Source: an uncultured Verrucomicrobiales bacterium
Lineage (GTDB): Bacteria; Verrucomicrobiota; Verrucomicrobiia; Verrucomicrobiales; DEV007
Reading direction: 5' to 3'
Assembly: GCA_938091905.1 (NCBI GenBank)
Contig: CALKOM010000098.1
Coordinates: forward strand, 1 to 39,385
Length of the DNA: 39,385 bases
Shown: one piece after another, positions 27,361 through 38,798 of the stretch
Numbering within the stretch: position 1 is the first letter of the stretch
Layout of the letters: every line of letters begins with the position of its first letter
Translations under genes and position numbers: made by a program
The notes under the pieces: model-generated
Seen by the model: only the letters and a program-made list of their open reading frames with translations
Told to the model about the DNA's origin: nothing
Database searches by the model: none

Positions 27361-29007
27361 TCACAAGTCATCGGGCACCTGCCCGGTCACAAATCCATTT
27401 GCCACGACCAAGTCTTGCCAGCCATCGTTGTTCAGATCGCCAAACACCGAGCCCCAACTCCAGCGCCCCACGGTCACGCCAGCAGGCTCGCTCACATCCT
27501 GAAACCGGCCCCGGCCGAGTCCCCGGAAGAGACTATTCCCACGCGCCATCCGTTGGAATTTCGCAAGAATACCGATGTCCAAGCCCGGGCGAAACTGTGG
27601 CTGCGTCGTCACTCGACGCCCGGCAGCAGAGAACATGTTGCCCGCGTAGAGATCAGGCACTCCATTTCTATCATAGTCGCTACTGCATGCGGACATTCCA
27701 AACCCCCCATCATTGATCCCCGCCTCCGTCGCAATATCCTTAAACTTCCCACCCGTATTGAGGTACAAGTTCTTCTGTCCAAAGTCATTCGCCACGAAGA
27801 GATCCTGATCCCCATCGTTGTCGATATCTTCCCAGACGGACGCGAAACTGAACCGTCTGTTGTTCTGCGAGTCCAAGCCAGATTCAGCCGTGACATCAGA
27901 AAAGTTCAACCAATTGTCGGCATTCCTTGCCTGACCATCATTGCGAATGAGAAAGTTTCCTCCACCGTTATTGGCATCAAAGTAGGGCACTGGAATTGCC
28001 AGGCCCGCCCCCTCCTCTTGCTTGGCAAAGTAGCGACAGACAAACAAATCGAGATCGCCATCGTTGTCATAGTCGGCAGCTGTCACACTGAAGGCGTTGC
28101 GCACGGGACGATACCGCAGCCTCGGCTGAAAGTTTCCTTTCCCATCATTTCGAAAGGCCAGCAAACCCGTGTCCGCAGCCAGCACAAGATCTTGATCGCC
28201 ATCATTGTCGAGATCCACAAACAACGCCGAGCGCGTCAAGTCTAGCAAATCCACTCCAAACGCAGCCGCCTCTTCCTTCGCCGTGCCATCCTCTTGCTGG
28301 ATAAACAAACGATTGGGCAAACCTCCATTCTGACAAACATACACGTCATCGAGCCCATCACCGTTCGCGTCGCCAATTGCCAATCCGTGATGCCCAAACT
28401 TAAAGAAACGGTTGAACAGTTCAATCCGTTGCCGCCAGTAGGTGTTTCCAAAACGCAACTGCTTCTGAAAAGCCTCCGTTTGTCCGATCACATCTAGCGT
28501 CGCATCGGCAAACACTGGCCGTTTCGTAGTCGACTTTGCCAAGACCTCCTCGTGAGCCTCCACCGTGAGTGATTGTCGTTGAGGACTCCCTGCGGCATCT
28601 CGACGCCACTCGATCGACCAGGTGGCATTCATTTCCAAATAGCCCCTCGCTGAAGGACCGGCCAACGTCACCAACTGACGCGTGGTCGGCAACTCCGGCT
28701 TCGACATATCCACAGAGATCACTTTGAATTTAACCCTCTCTAGCCCTCCCACAAACGATCCCGGTAAGAGATCGCGTTTCGCTGTCGGCGAAGCCATGCG
28801 GCGCACCTCAAACCCGACATCGTTCGAGACAATCTCTGTTGCTGGCCTGAGGCTGAGCAGACCCAAGTTCTCGTCCTTCAATGCCCCCATAACAAGATCA
28901 CTAAAGGTCTCGCTCTGCCAGGCCACATCTGGTTGGGGCGCGCCTCCTGCAGCAACCGCTACAGGCAACCATCCCATCAAAAGGGCGATGTAAACTCGGA
29001 GAATCAT
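27361..29007 (-). CDS. FG-GAP/VCBS-repeat (CRTAC1-like) beta-propeller protein with signal peptide; ends at an in-frame TGA
   Basis: Signal peptide MILRVYIALLMGWLPVAVA; six DxD/NxDGxxDL-type repeats (GDANGDGLDD, DLDNDGDQDL, DYDNDGDLDL, DIDNDGDQDL, DYDRNGVPDL, DLNNDGWQDL). Confidence 0.88.
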   Translation of the reverse strand: MILRVYIALLMGWLPVAVAAGGAPQPDVAWQSETFSDLVMGALKDENLGLLSLRPATEIVSNDVGFEVRRMASPTAKRDLLPGSFVGGLERVKFKVISVDMSKPELPTTRQLVTLAGPSARGYLEMNATWSIEWRRDAAGSPQRQSLTVEAHEEVLAKSTTKRPVFADATLDVIGQTEAFQKQLRFGNTYWRQRIELFNRFFKFGHHGLAIGDANGDGLDDVYVCQNGGLPNRLFIQQEDGTAKEEAAAFGVDLLDLTRSALFVDLDNDGDQDLVLAADTGLLAFRNDGKGNFQPRLRYRPVRNAFSVTAADYDNDGDLDLFVCRYFAKQEEGAGLAIPVPYFDANNGGGNFLIRNDGQARNADNWLNFSDVTAESGLDSQNNRRFSFASVWEDIDNDGDQDLFVANDFGQKNLYLNTGGKFKDIATEAGINDGGFGMSACSSDYDRNGVPDLYAGNMFSAAGRRVTTQPQFRPGLDIGILAKFQRMARGNSLFRGLGRGRFQDVSEPAGVTVGRWSWGSVFGDLNNDGWQDLVVANGFVTGQVPDDL

Positions 29008-29036
29008 GGAGGGATCTTTGTTCTACTTGACGTAAT

Positions 29037-29083
29037 GTAGCTCCGGCATCCTGCCGGTGTCACGGGCTAGAAGCCCGTGCTAC
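29037..29083. repeat. REP-like double-hairpin element bounded by GTAG...CTAC
   Basis: GTAG-CT-CCGGCA tcc TGCCGG-TGT-CACGGGCT aga AGCCCGTG-CTAC, in the intergenic space between divergent genes. Confidence 0.65.
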
Positions 29084-29187
29084 CCTATACACAGCCTGAG
29101 ACCAATCCGTGCAAGGCAATAGGGGATTCCAGAGACGCTTTCCGTTTGTAATGGGCGATGAGAAACGGTCTGATAAGATTTCTGAAG

Positions 29188-29712
29188 ATGAAAGTTGTCA
29201 CCGTCGATTGCAACAGTTGTGGAGCCCCTCTCCAAGTGGGGGCAAAGACGCGCTTTGTCACCTGCCGTTACTGTTCCAAGCGCCTCTCAATCCAGCATTC
29301 GGAAAGCGCGGTCTATACCGAGGTGTTGGATGACATCAAAGAGTTGACCGACAAGATTTCGCAGGACATGGAAGTGATCAAACTTCAAAATCAGGTCGAA
29401 CAGCTTGATCTCGAATGGATGTTACAACGTGAGAGCTTCATGATTACTTCGAAGAACGGAGGTGAGCACCTGCCGACAACAGGAAGCCACATGGTTGGCG
29501 GCATCTTCCCAGCGGTCTTCGGCGTGATCTGGATCGGCTTTGCCGCCTCCATGGGAGCTCCCGGTGTCTTCCCTCTATTCGGCATCGTCTTTATCGCCTT
29601 CGCCCTCTTCAGCACGGTGAGTTTGCCAGGCAAAGTCAAAGGCTATCAGAATGCACATACACGGCATCAGACCTATCGGCGCCAACTCCAGCTACGCCTG
29701 CGCCAGGAATAA
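29188..29712 (+). CDS. Hypothetical membrane protein with N-terminal zinc ribbon and coiled coil
   Basis: CNSCGAPL...CRYC, a heptad-rich segment, and two C-terminal hydrophobic helices. ATG 29188 follows an extended -10-like TGATAAGAT. Confidence 0.75.
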   Translation: MKVVTVDCNSCGAPLQVGAKTRFVTCRYCSKRLSIQHSESAVYTEVLDDIKELTDKISQDMEVIKLQNQVEQLDLEWMLQRESFMITSKNGGEHLPTTGSHMVGGIFPAVFGVIWIGFAASMGAPGVFPLFGIVFIAFALFSTVSLPGKVKGYQNAHTRHQTYRRQLQLRLRQE

Positions 29713-29909
29713 TCGCGCTAATCAGTAGAATTCCCTGTCTATCATTTCGAAATAGCCGAGTTTGACAGATCTGGCACTCGTAATCCTTGGGGAAACTACG
29801 ATTCAATCCCCCTCGCATTCAGCCCGGTTGGCCAACTTGGCTCTTGACCGTTCCTTTGATCTTTGGCTCCTTTCAGGGTCGCTCAACAACTAACCATACA
29901 CACATTACT

Positions 29910-30236
29910 ATGTCAGTTGAAGCGAATATCGTACAGTCCAGAGCCCAACTCGAAAGGACCGGCGTCTCTGTCAACGACGCTCTCCTAGACAAGATCGTTA
30001 AAGTGTTAGCAAGCCCGAACCAAAGCAGAGATGGCTCCCTCGTCTCGGCAACTGATCCATCAGAACTCGATCGCGTGCGGACCAGTTTCCTTGAGAAGAA
30101 ACTCGGCCTCCCTGCAGATGACTCCAATGGCGAGGCCGTGAAAGAGGTGGTTGGCAGACTAGCAGAGTCTTGTCAGAAGCAATGGGGCGCGGTCTACTAC
30201 CTCCTAGCTGAGAGGTTTGGCAAGCAGGACGTCTAA
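29910..30236 (+). CDS. DUF2853 family protein
   Basis: DGSLVSATDPSELDRVRTSFLEKKLGL and AVYYLLAERFGK match the family pattern as I recall it; start set at ATG 29910. Confidence 0.75.
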   Translation: MSVEANIVQSRAQLERTGVSVNDALLDKIVKVLASPNQSRDGSLVSATDPSELDRVRTSFLEKKLGLPADDSNGEAVKEVVGRLAESCQKQWGAVYYLLAERFGKQDV

Positions 30237-30312
30237 AGCCCCCTCCATTTAGACGATCAAGGCTCACCGGCCGATCTGTTTAACGGTTGGCCTGCGAGCG
30301 AGTGATCCTCGT

Positions 30313-32671
30313 TTAGTTCGCGCGAGATACTTCCAACTGAACGAAAGATCGACGATCCTTTCCTGGCAACAGCACCGCCTCACGTGTTTCCAGGGTTCCG
30401 TTAGTCTCAAAGACCATCGGCGTCAGAACACTCCAATCATTGAGATCAGTTGAGTGCATCAATTTGTAAGTGAGATCGTGCTTAGCCGCATCGGCGATAA
30501 ATCGGAAAGTCGGCACTGATGCTCCGGCAACTGGCACTAAATCATTTGCAGTGAGGCCATCTTGCACCCTGGGATTTCCACCCATCGCATACTCCATGAG
30601 GTTCTTCCGGCCATCTCTATTAGGATCCGCACCTCGCGCAACAATTGAAGGATTGCGTTGCTCGCTAGCCGAGAAAGAGTTTCCTACCCAGGCATCGTAA
30701 CCCGAGGCAATCCCCGTCCCGAAGACCTTGATTGATGAACTGCGAGGCACACCAGAGTCGCCCGCTTCACCATCGCTCACCTTCACTATCCAAGGACCTG
30801 TTGTGGCCATCTCCCCCCAATGACGCACTGAAAGAAACGTGTAGTTCTCATAGTCCTCGTTATCATCCCCATGCACTTCACTAAATTGGCTCACTGTACC
30901 TGATGGCGACGTTAGAGTGATAACCAAATCCCCACGGTAAACATGGTCGATATCGACCGTGCAAAGCACGTGCTCCACACGCAACTCATCCCCGTCAAGG
31001 TCGAATGAACGACTCACACCAGTGCTCGCGCCATCAGGAATCCCAGCATGGATCGCTCCCAACGCAACTTCTCTCGATTCTCGTGTAGCAAGGCTGTTCC
31101 AGTTCTCCGCAAGCGCCACCGCAGCGGCAGCATCGACCATTCCCGCGCCATAGCTATGATGAAAGTGAAAGCCGGCTGCATTCGTAATCCATCCCGTATT
31201 AGCGCTGTCCACTTTACGTGCGCTGCGAATGAGGATCTCTTGAACATCCCGCCAACCAAGCGCCGGCTTCGACTCTAGCAAGAGCGCGATCACACCCGAG
31301 ACGAGAGGTGCCGCAGACGACGTCCCTCCAAACGAATCCGTGTAACTCCCGTTGCTGGTCAGTGTCGTCGTCGTAATGCCTGGCTCGCCATCGTCAGCGT
31401 CTGAGGGAGCAGAAATGAGCACATTGGCCCCAGATTCCGAATACCAGGATTGGCGGCCCTGGAAATTGATCGATCCCACATCAATCGTCTCTGGCCGGTT
31501 CACAAACCCATCGTAGTTCGCGTAGTCACCGTCATCCCGCCCGTTGCCGGCACTCCAAACATAGATCGTCCCTTTGCCTCCACGCCCATTCTCCACACCC
31601 GCCTCAAAGGCCGAGAACAGGAGATCGTCTGGTCTAAAGAGAGTCTGCCCGTCATCCTCTTCGCCCCAGCTATTGTTGCTAATATCAATTACATCCGTCC
31701 GCCAGCCAATCGCTGCCGCGTCATCGGCTGGCGACGTATCAGCCGTTAGGAGCTTGAGACCGACCAACTGCGAACGCGGTGCCGCGCCGCTCACATCGAT
31801 TCCATTGTCACCACGCCCGGCACTGACACCCGCCACGCTCGTGCCATGATCCCAGTAAGTCCCATCCTCCTGCTGTTCAGTCGGCGGCGTTGGATCATCC
31901 GGGGTGCTGTCGTTCCAATAGTGATCAATGGCCGTGTTCACATTCGAAGCAAGATCTGGATGAGCCACCTCCAAGCCATCGTCCACCACGGAAATGGTCA
32001 CGCCTGTTCCAAGATACTCGTCCCACACGCTCTCAATATTCACTTCCAAGTTAGCCACACTGCCATTCTCGCCGATGTTGTTCAAATGCAATTGATAGAA
32101 CGTATTGCTAGAGCTATGCGCATAACGCGGATCATTCGAGACAAGCTTACGACTGCGGCGCTTCCCCACCAATGGTCTAGCACTCTTCACTCCAAGAAGC
32201 TTTCGCACTATGGCCAGCTTCGTCAGCGAATCACTCACGTTCGGAAAGGAAAGAAAGAGAGACTTCGGAGAGAAATCCGGCACCTCAAAGCGACTTGCAC
32301 CAGAAGCCTTAGCAATCGCCTTAGCCTTACCACCCTCACCCATCTCGACATGAATACGCCGAGTCAACGTACGCCGAGTCTTCAAACTCCGTTTCTTGCC
32401 CTTCGCATACAACACCAAATCAAATGTCGCCTTCGAACCTCGCTCTCTTGCCGCGGCTTTCGCGGTGATCGCCGGAGCCATCTTCTGATCCACATCCAGA
32501 ACCACATGCGGCGTTCCTGTCTCCGGTCGACAGTAGAGTTCGTCGCAAGCAACCACATTAGACGCGCGATCCCGTTCCGTCATCAAGACGAATCTCACTT
32601 GGCGTCTCAGCAAAGCTGCCGGCCGTTAGCACGGCCAAGGCGATAATCACGATCTGCAAAAATCTTCTCAT
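30313..32671 (-). pseudogene. S8 kexin/furin-like subtilase with proprotein-convertase P domain; signal peptide cut off by a frameshift near 32559
   Basis: Catalytic motifs VVDDG, HGTSVAG, SAGNG and GGTSSAAP; P domain VEHV...HVYRGDL.ITLTSPSGT...HWGE. Signal peptide MRRFLQIVIIALAVLTAGSFA begins at 32671 in another frame and stops at 32558. Confidence 0.8.
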
Positions 32672-32696
32672 AGTAACAAAGCTAGTCGACGAAGTC

Positions 32697-34079
32697 TCAC
32701 GCATGCTGACAAGCCTTCTGCGCCACACGCGCCGCGTTCCGCACCACCTCGGAAAGGGAAGGATGAATGTGAATCATGTCCGTCAACGAATCGATCTTGT
32801 TACGCCAACGCATGACTGGGATCACTTCGTGCAGAAGCACGGACGCATGGTGGCCAATGATATGGCAGTCGAGAATGGCGCCGTCCGGAGAAACGAGGAA
32901 TTTGCAGAGACCATGACGCTCTTTCACCGCCCGTCCTTTGGCCGCGTTCGTGTACGGCACGGAACCCACCAGATAGGCGGTTCCATCCGCTTCCAATTCG
33001 TCTTCTGTCAATCCCACGCCAGCGACTGCTGGATAGGAGAAGACCGCATGCGGCATCGGCCCGTAGTCAATCGATCCCTCCTCACCATCCAGCCAGGCGT
33101 TTCCAAGATACGTCGCCTCCCAAGCAGCTGAGTGGGTGAAGAAATAGCGACCCGTCACATCGCCCAGCGCAAACACGCCCTCTGCGGACGTGCGTTGATG
33201 CTCATCCGTGACAATGAATCCTTTCGCATCTGCCTCAATTCCAGCGGCCTCCAGATTGATCTTGTCAGTCGTCGACTCGCGACCCGTCACCACCAAAACG
33301 CGCTCAGCAACCAGCTTGCTCGCCTCATCACCGCCATCTGCTTTCGTCACCAGGTCCAACTCAATGCCACCTTCAACCTCGTTCGCACTATCCACCGAGG
33401 TCTTGAACTTCACGGGCACTTCCTGACAGAACCCTTCTTTAAAGAGCGCGCGCACTTCGCGATCCTCCGCGCTGAGTAACTCATCCCGCCGCACCAGCAT
33501 CGTCGTTTCCACACCCACGCTAGCAAAGAACCAAGCAAGTTCACACGCGATGTAGCCTCCCCCAATGATGACGATAGATTTTGGAGCCTCGTCCATGTTG
33601 AACACATCATCACTCGTCCAGACCGGCAAGTTCTCGAACTGTTTCGGAATCGTCGGCAGCGTCCCGGTCGCCACAAGCACCTTCTCGCCTTCGATGACCT
33701 GCCCATTGACCTCAATCTACTTTGGATCCACGAAACGGCCATAGCCACGAAAGAGGGTAGACGTGCCCGACAACTTGGATTCGATCCGCCCATCCACCGC
33801 TTTGATTGCCGCTGCTTGCGTCTCTGACCGGATCGTTTCCACATCCACCCCGTTTAGTTGGGCCTCCATGTGAAAACGCGCCGCGTGACGAATCGTCGTC
33901 GCCACCTCCGCAAAGCCCAGAAGCAGCTTCGAAGGCACGCAACCGCGATTCGGACACGCCCCACCAAGAGGATCGCCTTCGACCAAAGCCACTCGCCAAC
34001 CCGCCACCGCCGCGCGCATGGCAAGGCTCGTGGCGTTGCCTCCACCTAAAACGACGAGATCAAACTTGGAGTCACTCAT
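32697..34079 (-). pseudogene. Class I pyridine nucleotide-disulfide oxidoreductase (dihydrolipoamide dehydrogenase/mycothione reductase-like) split by one in-frame TAG
   Basis: GGACPNRGCVPSK redox motif, IIGGGYIACE, ALGDV and HIHPSLSE. Reads FVDPK*IEVNGQVIEGEKVLVATG through the TAG at 33717-33719. Confidence 0.85.
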
Positions 34080-34221
34080 GCCGCTACTCTCAAGCAGGGA
34101 GCGAAAGATTCAAAAATTGATCCGCCCAAGACTATCATTGCAACACCATCCTACAACATACCGGTCCGTTATCCGTTGATTGGCACTTGCTCCGCACGAC
34201 GTCATATGCGGGAATCGGACC

Positions 34222-35565
34222 ATGAGCGATGTTCGTGACTTTGGCGCCAGCGGCGATGGCGCAACCGATGATACCGACGCCATTCGCCACGCTGTCAGTG
34301 ATGGCGATGGCCACCTCTTCTTCCCCAAGGGCACCTACCGCATCACAGACACCATCGAACTCCCACTTGGATCGCGCGGCCCAAGAACCGTTCTTGGAGA
34401 ATCCGGCAACACGTGCATCCAAATGCATGGCGCTGGGCCGGCATACCGCATGCAAGGCCACCACGAAGGCACCGGCGATCCTGGCTCCTGGACACCTGAA
34501 GTGTGGAAAAGTGAAACACTGCCCTCGATCCGTAACCTCGTCATTGAAGGCCACCATCCCGAAGCCGACGGCATCGTGCTCGACGGCGTTATTCAACCGA
34601 TTCTCGAAGGCTTGTTAGTCCGCCGCGTTCGCCATGGTATTCACCTCGTCCGTCGCAACCGCAATGTCATCGTGAGTCATTGTCATGTCTATCACAACAC
34701 CGGTGCAGGCATCTTTTTAGACGGCGTCAACCTCCACCAGATCAACATCAGCGCCTGCCACATTAGCTACAACAGGCTCGGCGGTATTCGCATCGAACGT
34801 TCCGAAATCCGGAATCTACAGATCACCGGCAACGACATAGAATACAACAATGCCCGTTCGCATCCTGGTCTGGCTGATGAACCCACGGCAGAGATCTATG
34901 TCGATACGACGGCACTAGGAGCCACCGTCAATGAGGTCACCATCGCTTCGAACACCATCCAAGCGACCAACAGTCCAGAAGGCGCCAACATCCGAATCAA
35001 AGAAAGCGCAGGAGGTACCGACCGGCCACCCGGCTTGTGGTCCATCACCGGCAACGTCATTGGTTCCCAGGAAGTAAACGTTCACCTCACCGGCTGCTAC
35101 GGCATCTTGCTTTCAGGAAACACCATCTACTCCTGCTCAAAACGAAACCTGCTCGTGGAAGATTCCCGGCTGATCAACATCACCGGCAACAGCTTCCGTC
35201 GTCACACGCCCAAATACGGCACGGGCGTCCAACTCCAACGCTCCACAGACTGCCTCATTTCAAACTGTCAGTTTTACGACGAGGCTGAAACCGGTCAAGA
35301 GAGCAAGGCAAGCCTCCTTGAACTCGACACCTGTCAACGCATCAATGTTAGTAGCAACCAACTCCTAGATGGCGCCCCCTACGGTGTTGATGTTAATCAT
35401 TCTAGCGATGTGCGTATCACCGACTGCATGATCACAGAACAAAGGAAAACGAAAGTCGCCCAAGGAGCTGTCCGCTTTACCGGTAGAGGCGAGAGGAATC
35501 AGCTGCGCTCCAACAGCTTGTTAGGCACAGTCGAGATCGATGCTGCTGCTAACGTCAAGCGATAG
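34222..35565 (+). CDS. Right-handed parallel beta-helix protein (pectate lyase-like)
   Basis: VRDFGASGDGATDDTDAI...FPKGTYRI N-terminus and repeated ITGN/ISNC rungs; no signal peptide seen. Confidence 0.85.
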   Translation: MSDVRDFGASGDGATDDTDAIRHAVSDGDGHLFFPKGTYRITDTIELPLGSRGPRTVLGESGNTCIQMHGAGPAYRMQGHHEGTGDPGSWTPEVWKSETLPSIRNLVIEGHHPEADGIVLDGVIQPILEGLLVRRVRHGIHLVRRNRNVIVSHCHVYHNTGAGIFLDGVNLHQINISACHISYNRLGGIRIERSEIRNLQITGNDIEYNNARSHPGLADEPTAEIYVDTTALGATVNEVTIASNTIQATNSPEGANIRIKESAGGTDRPPGLWSITGNVIGSQEVNVHLTGCYGILLSGNTIYSCSKRNLLVEDSRLINITGNSFRRHTPKYGTGVQLQRSTDCLISNCQFYDEAETGQESKASLLELDTCQRINVSSNQLLDGAPYGVDVNHSSDVRITDCMITEQRKTKVAQGAVRFTGRGERNQLRSNSLLGTVEIDAAANVKR

Positions 35566-35942
35566 AGACTGCGCCTAATATGGTCACGAAACGTTCCTGA
35601 ATCCGTCCAAAGGCGCTAGATCTAACGCCACCTTCTCCGTGATCATCCCGCCACACGTCTGCTAGAACTCAACCATGTGCGCCGACTGACGATGCGCCTC
35701 CAGCGATGTCTCACTCTCCCAGATCTCCAGAACGGTGAACAAGCACGTTTCCTCCTTTCCTGTGAAAGCCGTTTAATGAGTGCATCCTTCTTCAAGCGTC
35801 GACGCCTCCTCCATCTGCCGAAGCCCCGAGCCAACCGCGGAAACATCCCACTCAGCCACCGTAAACTGGATCCATTTAGTGATCATATTTCTCTCTACAA
35901 CGCTTCCCGCCAATCGCCACCCGGGAGAAATTAGACAAAGAC

Positions 35943-35967
35943 AAGTTCTTGACTAGATCCAGAACTT
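35943..35967 (+). promoter_or_regulatory. Putative FurA operator overlapping the furA -35 box
   Basis: Dyad AAGTTCT-TGACTAGATCC-AGAACTT containing TTGACT (35949-35954); a -10-like CACATT lies at 35973-35978. Confidence 0.6.
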
Positions 35968-35983
35968 CAGGCCACATTCCCTC

Positions 35984-36409
35984 GTGCCCGACCCAACCGA
36001 CCTCCTCCGCAGCCATGGCGTGCCCGTCACGGCCCAGCGATTGGCCGTGTTGCGAGCCGTCTCCAGCCGACCACACGGCACCGCCGACGCGCTCTCCCAA
36101 GACGTCCGCCAAGACATCGGCACCATCTCAAAACAAGCCGTCTACGACGCGCTCAGTGTGCTGACAGAAAAAGGCCTCATTCGGCGCATCCAACCCGCCA
36201 AATCCCCCGCGCTCTACGAAGACCGCGTCGGCGACAATCACCACCACCTCATCTGCCGCGTCTGTGGGAAAGCCGTCAATGTCGACTGCGCCGTCGGCGA
36301 AGCCCCATGCCTCACTGCTTCTGACGACGCCGGGTTTCACATCGATGAAGCCGAAGTCATCTACTGGGGAACCTGTCCCGATTGTTTTAACCAGACTTCT
36401 TCTACCTAA
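35984..36409 (+). CDS. furA: Fur family peroxide-stress regulator (FurA-like)
   Basis: [44 protein letters not shown] and YWGTCPDC; immediately upstream of katG. Confidence 0.88.
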   Translation: MPDPTDLLRSHGVPVTAQRLAVLRAVSSRPHGTADALSQDVRQDIGTISKQAVYDALSVLTEKGLIRRIQPAKSPALYEDRVGDNHHHLICRVCGKAVNVDCAVGEAPCLTASDDAGFHIDEAEVIYWGTCPDCFNQTSST

Positions 36410-38665
<2,256 letters not shown>

Positions 38666-38712
38666 TTCCAACCTGAGGCCATCCTCCTCCCTACTGAAAC
38701 AAGTTCTCGACC

Positions 38713-38749
38713 AGAACAGCACGGAGCAATCCGTGCTGTTCTTGGTTTC
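38713..38749 (+). terminator. Intrinsic terminator after katG
   Basis: 13-bp perfect stem AGAACAGCACGGA/TCCGTGCTGTTCT with GCAA loop, followed by TGGTTTC. Confidence 0.75.
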
Positions 38750-38798
38750 AAGGCACTCCGTAGTTGCACCCCTTCCCGCTTTCGACGAAAAAAACGCT

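Noticed and set aside
27415..28245. Long antisense ORFs (276 aa here; also 14864-15547, 15641-16297, 31846-32646)
   Set aside because: They shadow well-supported genes on the opposite strand and have no recognisable motifs.
13343..33719. Genome-wide TAG reassignment or pyrrolysine suggested by two in-frame TAGs
   Set aside because: TAG ends intact genes such as katG at their expected C-termini, the DUF4105 gene has frameshifts as well, and no pyl genes are visible.
35643..35934. Short ORFs between the beta-helix gene and furA
   Set aside because: No motif or start signal on either strand; may be a decayed gene but cannot be supported.
38733..38798. Longer start for the last + strand ORF
   Set aside because: The GTG lies inside the katG terminator stem; ATG 38799 is more plausible.
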